Below are positions 16,992-26,353 of a DNA stretch of 64,000 nucleotides, piece after piece (position 1 is the first letter of the stretch; the number at the start of each line of letters is the position of its first letter). A program made the translations under genes and the position numbers. Under the pieces are notes generated by a model. It had not been told where the DNA came from, made no database searches, and worked only from the letters and a program-made list of their open reading frames with translations. The DNA is taken from positions 855,710-919,709 of the forward strand of contig CAWBVL010000007.1 in the NCBI GenBank assembly GCA_963792215.1, written 5' to 3'. This DNA is from an uncultured Actinomycetes bacterium. Its GTDB lineage: Bacteria; Actinomycetota; UBA4738; HRBIN12.

Positions 16992-19031
16992 GTGTCGTCG
17001 ATCACCGACGAGGTCGCCGAACTCCGCGGGACCCGTCCGGCCACCATCAAGGACCTTCTGACCAACCGGACGTTCGCGCGCCTGCTGGCCGCGATGTCCG
17101 TGTCGTCGTTCGGCGACTGGGTCGGGTTCGTCGCCGTCACGTCGATCGTTGCCGGCCTCGGCGGCGGCACGGCCGCGCTCGCCGTCTCCGGCGTGATGAT
17201 CGCGCGCACCCTGCCGGCGTTCGTGTTCGGTCCGATCGCGGGGTCGTTCGTCGATCGGTTCAACCGCAAGCAGATCATGATCATCGCCGACATCGGACGG
17301 GCCGGCCTCTACCTCTCGATGGCGTTCCTGAACCGGTTGTGGGCGATCTACCTGCTGTCGTTCGTGATCGAGTGCCTGTCGCTGTTGTGGAGCCCGGCCC
17401 GAGACGCCTCGTTGCCGAACATCGTGCCGCGCCGGCAACTTGCGAACGCCAACTCGCTGGTGCTGGTGAGCGCCTACGCGACGCTCCCCATCGGCGGCGC
17501 GGCGTTCGCCGTGCTGGTCGGCGTGTCGAAGTCCCTCAGCGCGCGCATCCCGATCCTCGCGAGCCAGCCTGAGTCGCTCGCGCTGGTCTTCGACGCGGCG
17601 ACGTTCGTGTTCTCGGCGGCGATGGTCGCCGGCATCATGCTGCGAAGTACCGCCGCCGCCGAACGCGAAGGGCTCGATATGTCTCGCGTCTGGCGCGACA
17701 CCCGCGACGGCCTGCGCTTCCTTCGTGAGGACTCGATCGCGGCCGCGATGACCGGCGGCATCGCGATCGCCTTCGGCGCCGTCGGCGCGGTGCTCGCGAC
17801 GGGTCCCGTGTTCGTCGCGACGACCGTGCACGGAGAGAAGTCGGGCTGGGGGCTCGTCGTCACCGCGTTCGGCGTCGGCATGGCGCTCGGGATGGTGAGC
17901 GCGACACCCGCCGCGCGCGTCGTCGAGCGCGACCGTGTGTTCGTGTGGTCGCTCCTGGCCGCCGCCGCCACGTTGATCGTGATGGCGGCGATGCCCAACC
18001 TGTCGTGGACCGTCGTGTTCTGCGTGTGGCTGGGCGCGTTCTGCGGGCTCGCGTGGGTGAGTGGCTACACCGTGCTCCAGGAGAACGTGGTCGACGAGTT
18101 CCGCGGCCGAACGTTCGCGGCGCTGACCACGCTGTCGCGGATGGTCCTGTTCATATCGCTCGCGCTGTTCCCGCTGCTTGCGCAGCTCTTCGACTGGATC
18201 TCGAATGCCTTCGGCGGCGGCGACTTCTACATCGGGGGCCAGCGGATCGACGTCTCGGGGCCGCGCCTCGCGCTGTGGACCGCGGGGCTCTTGATCGTGG
18301 CCGCGGCGCTCAACACGCGGCGGTTGCTGACGCGGTACCGTCTGTCTCGACCCGTCTCCCTCTCGCTCGTGCCGAAGCTCAAACGTCCACCCGCCACCGG
18401 CGCCTTCATCGCCTTCGAAGGCGTCGAAGGTGCGGGCAAGGGCACCCAGATCGCGATGCTCGAGCGGTACCTGCATGAGGCGAACGTGCCTGTGCTCGTC
18501 ACGCGCGAGCCCGGCGGGACGAAGACGGGAGAGCGCATCCGCGAGCTGCTACTGGATCCAGAGACCGGCTCGCTCGATGCCCGCGCCGAGGCGATGTTGT
18601 TCGCGGCGGCCCGAGCACAGACCGTGGCGTCGGTGATCCGGCCGGCGCTCGCGGAAGGCAAGGTCGTCGTGTGCGACCGCTACGTCGATTCGTCGCTCGC
18701 CTACCAAGGATCGGGGCGCGGGCTCGGCGAGCCCGACATCCTGTCGTTGAACGTCTGGGGCACGCAGGGGTTGTTCCCGGACCTCGTGATCCTGTTGCAC
18801 ATCGAGCCGGAGCTCGGCCTCGCGCGGTCGGGCGACGAGCGCGACCGGATGGAACGGGAAGGCGGGTCGTTCCTCGCGACCGTAGCCGACGCGTACCTGC
18901 GCATCGCGGAGGAACATCCTGAGCGGTTCGTCGTGATCGATGCGGCCCGCGCGCCGGCCGAGGTGTTCGACGACGTCCGTGCGGCGATCGACAAGGCGCT
19001 CCGCGACCGCCACGACCACGGCAACCGCTGA
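16992..19031 (+). CDS. tmk: Fusion protein: N-terminal MFS-like polytopic membrane domain plus C-terminal thymidylate kinase
   Basis: About 450 aa of hydrophobic helices, then a Tmk P-loop and core 'IAFEGVEGAGKGTQIAMLERYL…VTREPGGT…VVCDRYVDSSLAYQGSGRGL'. Position topA–tmk–holB matches actinobacterial synteny. Confidence 0.85.
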   Translation: MSSITDEVAELRGTRPATIKDLLTNRTFARLLAAMSVSSFGDWVGFVAVTSIVAGLGGGTAALAVSGVMIARTLPAFVFGPIAGSFVDRFNRKQIMIIADIGRAGLYLSMAFLNRLWAIYLLSFVIECLSLLWSPARDASLPNIVPRRQLANANSLVLVSAYATLPIGGAAFAVLVGVSKSLSARIPILASQPESLALVFDAATFVFSAAMVAGIMLRSTAAAEREGLDMSRVWRDTRDGLRFLREDSIAAAMTGGIAIAFGAVGAVLATGPVFVATTVHGEKSGWGLVVTAFGVGMALGMVSATPAARVVERDRVFVWSLLAAAATLIVMAAMPNLSWTVVFCVWLGAFCGLAWVSGYTVLQENVVDEFRGRTFAALTTLSRMVLFISLALFPLLAQLFDWISNAFGGGDFYIGGQRIDVSGPRLALWTAGLLIVAAALNTRRLLTRYRLSRPVSLSLVPKLKRPPATGAFIAFEGVEGAGKGTQIAMLERYLHEANVPVLVTREPGGTKTGERIRELLLDPETGSLDARAEAMLFAAARAQTVASVIRPALAEGKVVVCDRYVDSSLAYQGSGRGLGEPDILSLNVWGTQGLFPDLVILLHIEPELGLARSGDERDRMEREGGSFLATVADAYLRIAEEHPERFVVIDAARAPAEVFDDVRAAIDKALRDRHDHGNR

Positions 19032-19062
19032 GCCGTCGGCGTCGCGCGCTACCCTGCCGGCC

Positions 19063-20178
19063 ATGGCAGCCGTCCTCGACGACGTCGCGGGTCAGGAGGA
19101 CGCGGTCGCATTCCTGCGGCGCGCGGCCGAGCGTCCGCATCACGCCTACGTGCTCGCCGGGCCGGAGGGCTCCGGCAAGTCGCTGGTCGCCCGGGCGTTC
19201 GTCGCCGCGCTGCTGTGCCACAACGGCGGATGCGGCGTGTGCCGCGACTGTCAACTCGCGCTCCGCGAGCATCATCCGAACGAGTTCGTCGTCGAGCCCG
19301 AGGGCCGCGACATCCACATCGACACGATCCGCGACGAGGTCTGGCACCACGCGTACCGCACCCCGCCGGAGCCGGGGCGCAAGGTCTTCATCATCCGCGA
19401 GGCGGACCGGCTCTCGCCCGCCGCGGCCGACACGCTGCTGAAGGTCCTCGAGGAGCCGCCGCTCGACACGGTGTTCCTCTTGTTGTCGGCGCGGGCCCAG
19501 GAGTTGCCCGACACGATCGCGAGCCGCTGTCACGTCGTCGTCTTCGCGGCGCTGCCCGAGTCCTTCGTGGTTCAGGAGCTCGAAGGCGAGGGCGTAGACC
19601 GGGTTCGGGCGCAGCTCGTGGCCCGGCTGTCCGGCGGCAACCTCGGACGGGCGCGCCGGATGGCGACCGACCCGGACGGCCTCGGGTTCCGAGACGTCGC
19701 TGCGGATGCGCTGGGCCGGGCGGCCCAAGGGCCGGGCGACGCGCTCGCCGCCGCCGCCGACGTGCTGGATGCAGCCGCGGCCTACAAGAAAGGACTCCGG
19801 GCGGAGCTCGACGAGGAACTGGCGCCGTTCCTCGACGAGAAGGGCCGGCCGGAAGAGGCGTACCGGGGAGCGATCCGGCGGATCGAGGTCCGGTTCGCCC
19901 GGCGCGAACGGCGAGCCGAACGCGACCAGGTCGACCGGATCCTGCTCGCGGCCTCGGCGCTGCTACGGGATCGCATCGCCGCGACGGTCCAGGCGCCGGA
20001 CGACCTGCGCCTCAACCTGGATCGCGAGGCTGTGCCCGCCGGGGAGGTCGGCGGCCTGGTCGCTTCTCTCGCCGCGGTCGAAGGCGCCCGGGCCGACCTG
20101 GCAGACGATGTGAACCGCAACGCGCGGCTCGTTGTCGAGCAAGCGTTCTTGGTCGTGGCCGGCGCGTCGGCAGGTTAG
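19063..20178 (+). CDS. holB: DNA polymerase III delta-prime subunit
   Basis: 'HAYVLAGPEGSGKSLVARAFVAALLC…CGVCRDC', 'KVFIIREADRLSPAAADTLLKVLEEPP'. Confidence 0.85.
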   Translation: MAAVLDDVAGQEDAVAFLRRAAERPHHAYVLAGPEGSGKSLVARAFVAALLCHNGGCGVCRDCQLALREHHPNEFVVEPEGRDIHIDTIRDEVWHHAYRTPPEPGRKVFIIREADRLSPAAADTLLKVLEEPPLDTVFLLLSARAQELPDTIASRCHVVVFAALPESFVVQELEGEGVDRVRAQLVARLSGGNLGRARRMATDPDGLGFRDVAADALGRAAQGPGDALAAAADVLDAAAAYKKGLRAELDEELAPFLDEKGRPEEAYRGAIRRIEVRFARRERRAERDQVDRILLAASALLRDRIAATVQAPDDLRLNLDREAVPAGEVGGLVASLAAVEGARADLADDVNRNARLVVEQAFLVVAGASAG

Positions 20179-20232
20179 GTCTTTCGGCCCAGCCCTTCGG
20201 CTGTTCGCATCGGCCGGACGCGGCGGTATCGT

Positions 20233-21789
20233 GTGCGACGTCTGTGTTTCGGGGGGGCGCGCGTTTCCGTGTTCGATAGGTTCACGCTCGACGAAGTGAG
20301 CGCCAAGATCTGGTGGCCGCTCGCCATGGTGGCGCTGGTCGCATTGGTGCTGACCGTTCCGGCGGCGAACCATGCCGCCGATCGGGCTCGGCGCGAGAGC
20401 GCGGCGAGGGCGATCGTCATCAGTACCCAGCGGATCGAGCCGCTCACCGCCAACGGCGCGTCCGTGGACGAGATGCATACGGCGCTCGCCGGGATCAAAG
20501 CTGCGAATCCGAGCTACGACGCGATCCGCTTGTGGAACACCGAGAACAAGCTGCTCATCGCCTCGTCGATCACGAACGACCCGTTGGGCGACGGCACCGC
20601 CGGCGTGTACGACACCGACATCGACGAGGCGGTCTCGAGTACCTACCGGATGGATGTCACCAACCGGGAGCCGACAGGCGAGCAGGGACCGACGACGGTG
20701 CACACCTTCGTCCGGGTCGACGGCCCGACCGGCAGCCCTGAGGTGGCGGAGTTCGAGGCAAGCGACGCAGCCCTGCTGGCGCAGGTCCACCACGACTGGA
20801 ACGGGTATCGGATCGTCGGGGCCCTCGCCTTCCTGCTCCTGTTCTTGCTCGCGCTGATGTCGATGCGGGAGCCCGTCGCGGACATCGGCGTGGGCGTGCC
20901 GTTCTATCCCGCGTCGCTGCCGCCGAACCTCGCGATCGTCGACGCCGAGCGCGCGATCGTGATCGAGCACGAGGACGACCACGTCCGACAACGCGTCGAA
21001 AGCCTGCAACAGCGATTGGATGAGAGCGAGCGGCAACGCCTGAAGGCCGAGGCGCGGCTGCAGCAGGCGCTCACGACATTGGGCACGGGCGGACGCAACG
21101 TGCCCGGTCTGCCGCCCGAACCGCCGACGCCGACGCTGCCGCCATCGCGTCAGGCAGCGGGTCGCCAGCAAAAGCCTGAGCCGGCCGAGCCCGTTAGCCG
21201 GCCAGCCGCCACGGCCGCGCCGGCGCCTGCGTTCGCCGAGCTCGCAGCAGCAGCATCCGCAGCAGCAGCCGCCGCATCGACGCCCAAGCACGCGTCGAAG
21301 AAGCGAACCTCGCGCCGCAGTACCCAGAAGCCGGCCGCCGAGCGCACGCCCGCGCCGCGCCGATCCCGCGCGGAGGAGCCCACCGAGGTGCCCGCAACCC
21401 CGCCCGCGGCGCCCGAACGTGTGACGGTGTCCGCGGAAGACGTCACCGTGACCGCGCAGCCGGCGGCCAAGCCCGCCGTCGAGAGGGCGGAGCCAACGCA
21501 GACCCGGCCCGAGGTCGTGGTCATCCCCGCTGAGAAGCCAACGCCCGTCGGCGCGTCGAACGCATCCGCGCCGGCTTCTTCCAAGGCGCCCGCGAAGACC
21601 CCCGACGAAGACTCGAACTCAGATGTTCTGCACCGGCTCGTCCCTGAGGACGATGCACAGGTCGAGCCACTCGATGACCCAGGCGATCTCCGGTCCCGGC
21701 TGGCCCGAACAGCCGCGCTGAAGAAGCCGGGCTCGAAAGAGCGCCAGGACCAGCGAGAAGGGCTGCAGCACCGGTCATCCGAACAGTAG
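20233..21789 (+). CDS. Hypothetical bitopic membrane protein (two TM helices flanking a ~190-aa extracytoplasmic domain, coiled coil, Pro/Ala/Thr-rich tail)
   Basis: TM1 'IWWPLAMVALVALVLTV', TM2 'IVGALAFLLLFLLALM', coiled coil 'RVESLQQRLDESERQRLKAEARLQQAL'. High-GC3 codon usage throughout. No recognisable catalytic domain. Confidence 0.5.
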   Translation: MRRLCFGGARVSVFDRFTLDEVSAKIWWPLAMVALVALVLTVPAANHAADRARRESAARAIVISTQRIEPLTANGASVDEMHTALAGIKAANPSYDAIRLWNTENKLLIASSITNDPLGDGTAGVYDTDIDEAVSSTYRMDVTNREPTGEQGPTTVHTFVRVDGPTGSPEVAEFEASDAALLAQVHHDWNGYRIVGALAFLLLFLLALMSMREPVADIGVGVPFYPASLPPNLAIVDAERAIVIEHEDDHVRQRVESLQQRLDESERQRLKAEARLQQALTTLGTGGRNVPGLPPEPPTPTLPPSRQAAGRQQKPEPAEPVSRPAATAAPAPAFAELAAAASAAAAAASTPKHASKKRTSRRSTQKPAAERTPAPRRSRAEEPTEVPATPPAAPERVTVSAEDVTVTAQPAAKPAVERAEPTQTRPEVVVIPAEKPTPVGASNASAPASSKAPAKTPDEDSNSDVLHRLVPEDDAQVEPLDDPGDLRSRLARTAALKKPGSKERQDQREGLQHRSSEQ

Positions 21790-21849
21790 TGCCTGCACCA
21801 CTGTCGGCCGGGGTCGCGTCTGGCAGCCTGGGCTGCAAGGAACCCTGCG

Positions 21850-22218
21850 ATGACCGTCCGCGTGTTGATCGTCGATGACCAGGAGCCGTTCCGGCAGGCC
21901 GCCCGCATGGTGGTCGAGTTGACGGACGGCTTCGAAGTCGTCGGCGAGGCCGAGACCGGCGAGGACTCGGTGACGATGGCGCAGGACCTGCAGCCCGACC
22001 TCGTGCTGATGGACGTGAACCTCCCGGGCATCAACGGGCTCGATGCGACGCGGCAGATCCTGGGCTCGTCGGACACGGTCGTGGTGCTGCTGCTGTCGAC
22101 CTACGAGGAAGCCGAGTACGCGCCGCGCGCCGCCGAGTGCGGCGCCTCCGCCTACATCCCCAAGTCGTCGTTCGGGCCGGACAGGCTCGAGGCCGCCTGG
22201 GAGACCGCCTCCGCCTGA
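21850..22218 (+). CDS. Stand-alone response-regulator receiver domain protein (NarL-like REC, no output domain)
   Basis: 'VRVLIVDDQEPFRQAARMVVE…DLVLMDVNLPGINGLDATRQIL…VVVLLLSTYEEAE'; the product ends after the receiver at 122 aa. Confidence 0.75.
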   Translation: MTVRVLIVDDQEPFRQAARMVVELTDGFEVVGEAETGEDSVTMAQDLQPDLVLMDVNLPGINGLDATRQILGSSDTVVVLLLSTYEEAEYAPRAAECGASAYIPKSSFGPDRLEAAWETASA

Positions 22219-24275
22219 TCGGACGCAGCGGGAACCGTGCCGATGACGGTGGTTCCTGCTCCGATGGCCGACTCGATCAGCAACGAACCACCGACCGCCT
22301 CGAGACGGTCGGCCATGCCTTGCAGTCCGGTCCCCCCGGCCACCGCGTCGGGGTCGAAGCCGCGGCCGTCGTCACGAACCATGAACCGCAACAGGCCGTC
22401 GGTCTGTTCGACGGATACGGACGCCGTCGAGGCTGAGGCGTACTTCGCGATGTTGTTCATCGCCTCGAGGGCGCAGAAGTAGACGGTGGATTCGATGTCG
22501 CGTGGGTAGCGACCGATCGACGCCGCGTCGACGCGGACCGGTGTGATCGCCTTCTGCGCCTGCGCCTCCAGCGCCGCTCGAAGCCCTTGATCGGCGAGCA
22601 GCGGCGGGTAGATCCCGCGTGCGAGGTTCCGGAGGTCGTCGAGCGCCGCGTTGGCGTCGTCTTGGAGCGCGGCGATCGCGTCGTGCGCCCGGACGGGGTC
22701 GCGCTCGATCATCGCGTCGGCCAGGCGCAGCTTCACGGCGAGCGCGACCAACTGCTGCTGGACGCCGTCGTGGATGTTGCGTTCCAGGCGCCGCCGCCCT
22801 TCATCCTGCGCCGCCACGAGCCGTTGCCGGGACGCGCGCAGCTCCTCGATCAGACGGACGTTCCGCAGCGCGAGGCCCGCCTGGTCGGCGAGGTCGCGGA
22901 TCAGCCGCTGGCGTCCGGGCCCGATCGGATCGTTGGCCGGCATCGTCACAGCGAGCGCCCCGAGCAGTTCGCCCCGGTCACGGACCGGTTCCGCCCAATC
23001 GGCCGGAAGCATCGGCAGCTCGTCGCCCTCGAGCGCCATCGCGTCGCCGATCGGACCGTCGCTCGGCCACGCGCCCGCGGGGCGGATCTCGCGCCCGACG
23101 CGGAGCCACACGACGGCGCTCGACGCACCCGTCGCGGTCGCGAGCAGTTGTGCCGTCCGGCCCACGACGTCGTCGGTCGCATACGTCTCGGACATGCGAC
23201 GCCCGAACGTCGTCAGCACCTCGTACGGCGTCGCGCGGCCGCCGTAGACGATCCGGTCCGCGATGCGTCCTGCGAGGCGGAGCGCCGGCCAGAACGCGAT
23301 GCCGATCGCCGCCGCCGCGATGACGGCGGCGCGCTGGCTCCGTCCGAACAGACCGCCGACGACGACCGCCGCCGCGACGAACGTGATCAGGAGGAGCCCG
23401 GCGACCGTCACATACAGCACCGTCTTCTTCACGACGAGGTCGAGGTCGTACAGGCGGTACTTCAGGAGCGCGATCGCGATGGAGCCGGGGATACCCACCG
23501 ACAGGCAGAGGAAGAACAGGACGAAGGCCAGGTCGTTCACCGGGCGGTTCTGGCCCGGTTGCAGGCCGATGCTCGTGATCAACACGAGGATCAGGAACAC
23601 GCCGGCGAGCGCGGCGGAGACCGAGATCCACCGGACCTGTTGCCGTTCCTCCTCGCCGGCCCGCCGATATCGGACCACAAGGGCGGCGACCGCCGCGATC
23701 GACTCGGCGGCGAGGAGGAGCCCGAAGATCCACGCGCTGGCGTTGAGGGACGACCGTAGTGCCTCGATGGCGGTGGGGTTCGGCACAGAGACGCCGTGCT
23801 TCAGCTCGATCGGAACCGGACGGAACATCGCGCCGAGGACGAGGCACACGAGCGTTGCCGCGGTCGCCCACACCAGCCAGCGCCACCGTTCCGACGGCGG
23901 ACGTCCCGTGGGGAAGAGCACGAGTACGATCGGGATCAGTCCGGCCATCACGAAGGTCCAGTTGTTGATCCACGCGGCCCAGTCTCCCGCGGGCAAAGAA
24001 CCAGGGTTCGTGACGAGGGAGTACGTCGCGTACTCCGCGGTGGCGCCGCCGAGCAGCAACCCGACCCCGACGAGCAGGAACAGCCAGCCGATCGGGTTGT
24101 GCGGGACGCGACTCGCCAGGATCGCGCCGGTGATCGCGTAGGTGACGATCGACAAGATGATCAGCAACGTGAACGGGTCGCCGGAGAAGGTGCCGTTCAG
24201 CGTGCCGAGCCAGAGCGCTTCGACGACGAGCGCGGCACCGACGGCGATCGCGCTCCAGACGCCGATCCGTCTCAC
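22152..24275 (-). CDS. Membrane sensor histidine kinase, HisKA_3 (NarL-partner) type, paralog K1
   Basis: N-terminal multi-TM domain with conserved 'NPIGW', 'FPTGRPPSERWRW', 'KYRLYDLDLVVKKT'; linker 'RIVYGGRATPYEVL'; H-box 'RRRLERNIHDGVQQQLVAL'; HATPase 'DDGRGFD…GTGLQGMADRL'. The 3' end overlaps the convergent receiver gene by 67 nt. Confidence 0.8.
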   Translation of the reverse strand: MRRIGVWSAIAVGAALVVEALWLGTLNGTFSGDPFTLLIILSIVTYAITGAILASRVPHNPIGWLFLLVGVGLLLGGATAEYATYSLVTNPGSLPAGDWAAWINNWTFVMAGLIPIVLVLFPTGRPPSERWRWLVWATAATLVCLVLGAMFRPVPIELKHGVSVPNPTAIEALRSSLNASAWIFGLLLAAESIAAVAALVVRYRRAGEEERQQVRWISVSAALAGVFLILVLITSIGLQPGQNRPVNDLAFVLFFLCLSVGIPGSIAIALLKYRLYDLDLVVKKTVLYVTVAGLLLITFVAAAVVVGGLFGRSQRAAVIAAAAIGIAFWPALRLAGRIADRIVYGGRATPYEVLTTFGRRMSETYATDDVVGRTAQLLATATGASSAVVWLRVGREIRPAGAWPSDGPIGDAMALEGDELPMLPADWAEPVRDRGELLGALAVTMPANDPIGPGRQRLIRDLADQAGLALRNVRLIEELRASRQRLVAAQDEGRRRLERNIHDGVQQQLVALAVKLRLADAMIERDPVRAHDAIAALQDDANAALDDLRNLARGIYPPLLADQGLRAALEAQAQKAITPVRVDAASIGRYPRDIESTVYFCALEAMNNIAKYASASTASVSVEQTDGLLRFMVRDDGRGFDPDAVAGGTGLQGMADRLEAVGGSLLIESAIGAGTTVIGTVPAASDQAEAVSQAASSLSGPNDDLGM

Positions 24276-26353
24276 GACGACGATCCTCCGGCGGCCATGA
24301 CGGGCACGGTACCCATCACGACGGTGCCGTTGCCCGGCTCACTCTTCACGGTGATCGAGCCGCCGACCGCATCGAGACGGTCGGCCATGCCCTGCAACCC
24401 GGTTCCGTAGGACGTCGTTGCCGTGTTGAAGCCGGCGCCGTCGTCGTGGACGGCGAAGCGAAGATGTTCGTCGTCTTGCGCGAGCTCGATCGTTGCCCGA
24501 TCCGCCTGCGCGTACTTCGCGACGTTGTTGAGCGCCTCGAGCGAGCAGAAGTAGATCGCCGACTCCACCGCCTGGTCGTACCGCCCGACCCCATCGGACG
24601 TCACGGTCGTGGGCACCGCCGCCTTACGCGCCTGCGCCTCGAGCGCCGCAGCCAGGCCTTGGTCGGCGAGCAGCGGGGGGTAGATCCCGCGCGCGAGGTC
24701 GCGGAGGTCCTCCAGTGCTTCGGTGGCGCGGCCCTGGAGCTGTTCGGCCATCGCCGGCACCTTGGACGGATCGCGATCGGCGGTCCTGCTCAGCAGTCCA
24801 AGCTGCACGTTGAGCGCGACCAGCTGCTGCTGCACGCCGTCATGCAGGTTGCGCTCGATCTTCCGCCGTTCATCGTCTTGTGCGGCAACCAGGCGTTGTC
24901 GCGACGCCCGGAGCTCCTCGATCAGCCGCACGTTCCGCAGGACGAGGCCGGCCTGTGCCGCGAGGTCGCCCATCAGCTTCTCCTTGGCGGGGTCGATCGG
25001 GTCTGAGGGTGGCATCGTGACGGAGAGCTCGCCGAGCTCCACACCCTGGTGCACGACGGCGACCGCGTGGTCCCGTCCGGGCGGTTCATCCGCCGGGAAC
25101 GTCGCGATCGGATGGAGGTCTGCGTCGACGCGGAGCCATACGGTCGCGGAAGACGCGCCGGTGCCTTTCGCCAGCACCTGCGCCATCCGAGGCAGGACGT
25201 CGTCGGCGTCGTACGCGTCGCCGACCCGTGAGGAGAAGTCCGCGAGGACCTCGTACGGCGTCGCGCGCTTCCCGTAGACGAGCCGGTCGGCGACCTTTCG
25301 TGCCCGTTCCCGCGCCGGTTGGAACGCGATGGCCAAGACCGCGGCGGCGACGAACGAGAGCGTCGCGTCGTGGTGTCCGACGAGCGCGCCGATGCCGCTG
25401 ACGACGGCCGCGTACACGACGGTGATGAACACCGCCAAGAGACCGAACACCACCGTCTTGCGGATCACGAGATCGAGGTCGTACAGGCGATACTTCACGA
25501 TCGCGATACCGCACGCGATGGGGATGCCACCCAACAGCGTGACGAACCAGACGGTGAAGACGATCGAGCCGACGAGCTGCCCGAGCGGTGTCTGGTCGCC
25601 GAGGAGCGCCGTGGTCACGATGCCGATCACGAGCTCGGCGGTGAACAGCATGCCGACGAACGCCAGCCATCGGATCTGCTGGCGGACCTCGCCCGTCGCG
25701 CCTCGGTAGCGGACGACGATGGCCGCGCACGCGGGGAACACCATGAGGAACGTGATGATGCCCGCGACCTCGGTCAGGACGTGGAGCAGACCGGCGAGCG
25801 CATCGACCCCGAGCGGGTTCATCACGATGACGTCGGTCAGATCGGCGAACGCCCCGGTCATCGGTCCGGGCGTCAGCGCGAAGGCGATCACGGTGATCGC
25901 CGGGGCGATGATCGTGACCCAGAGCACCGGTCGCCACCGAGGTGACGGCACCCGCCCGTCGGGGAAGAGCAGGAAGACGGGGATGAAGCTCGTGAGCACC
26001 AACACGATGAGCCACCGGTCGAACCACGCCGCGGCGTATCCGAACGGCAGCGAGCCGGGGTCCTTCTTCAGCGCCTGTGTCGCGTAGTCGCCGCAGAACA
26101 AGGCGAACGCTCCGACGAGCGGGATCGCCAGCAGGATCCATCCGATCGCGTTGCGTGCGTGCCGTATCACGATCGACCACCCGACGAACAGCAGCATCGC
26201 GGGGAAGAGGATCACGCCCCCGGCGTAGATCGTGTTGATCAACCACCCGGCTTGATCGGTCAGGCTTCCCGTCGAGAGTGCGAGCGTGAACCGGACGACG
26301 AGCAAGACCGTCGTCGCCACGACCATCGCCGTCGCGATCCTGCGGGCATTCAT
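24272..26353 (-). CDS. Membrane sensor histidine kinase, HisKA_3 type, paralog K2
   Basis: 'RNAIGW', 'FPDGRVPSPRWRP', 'KYRLYDLDLVIRKT', 'RLVYGKRATPYEVL', 'RRKIERNLHDGVQQQLVAL'. ATGA overlap with K1. Confidence 0.8.
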   Translation of the reverse strand: MNARRIATAMVVATTVLLVVRFTLALSTGSLTDQAGWLINTIYAGGVILFPAMLLFVGWSIVIRHARNAIGWILLAIPLVGAFALFCGDYATQALKKDPGSLPFGYAAAWFDRWLIVLVLTSFIPVFLLFPDGRVPSPRWRPVLWVTIIAPAITVIAFALTPGPMTGAFADLTDVIVMNPLGVDALAGLLHVLTEVAGIITFLMVFPACAAIVVRYRGATGEVRQQIRWLAFVGMLFTAELVIGIVTTALLGDQTPLGQLVGSIVFTVWFVTLLGGIPIACGIAIVKYRLYDLDLVIRKTVVFGLLAVFITVVYAAVVSGIGALVGHHDATLSFVAAAVLAIAFQPARERARKVADRLVYGKRATPYEVLADFSSRVGDAYDADDVLPRMAQVLAKGTGASSATVWLRVDADLHPIATFPADEPPGRDHAVAVVHQGVELGELSVTMPPSDPIDPAKEKLMGDLAAQAGLVLRNVRLIEELRASRQRLVAAQDDERRKIERNLHDGVQQQLVALNVQLGLLSRTADRDPSKVPAMAEQLQGRATEALEDLRDLARGIYPPLLADQGLAAALEAQARKAAVPTTVTSDGVGRYDQAVESAIYFCSLEALNNVAKYAQADRATIELAQDDEHLRFAVHDDGAGFNTATTSYGTGLQGMADRLDAVGGSITVKSEPGNGTVVMGTVPVMAAGGSSS

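Noticed and set aside
14688-18476. 1262-aa ORF on the minus strand
   Set aside because: It runs entirely antisense to topA and tmk. The product is Arg/Gly/Asp low-complexity, typical of high-GC antisense frames. No homology recognised.
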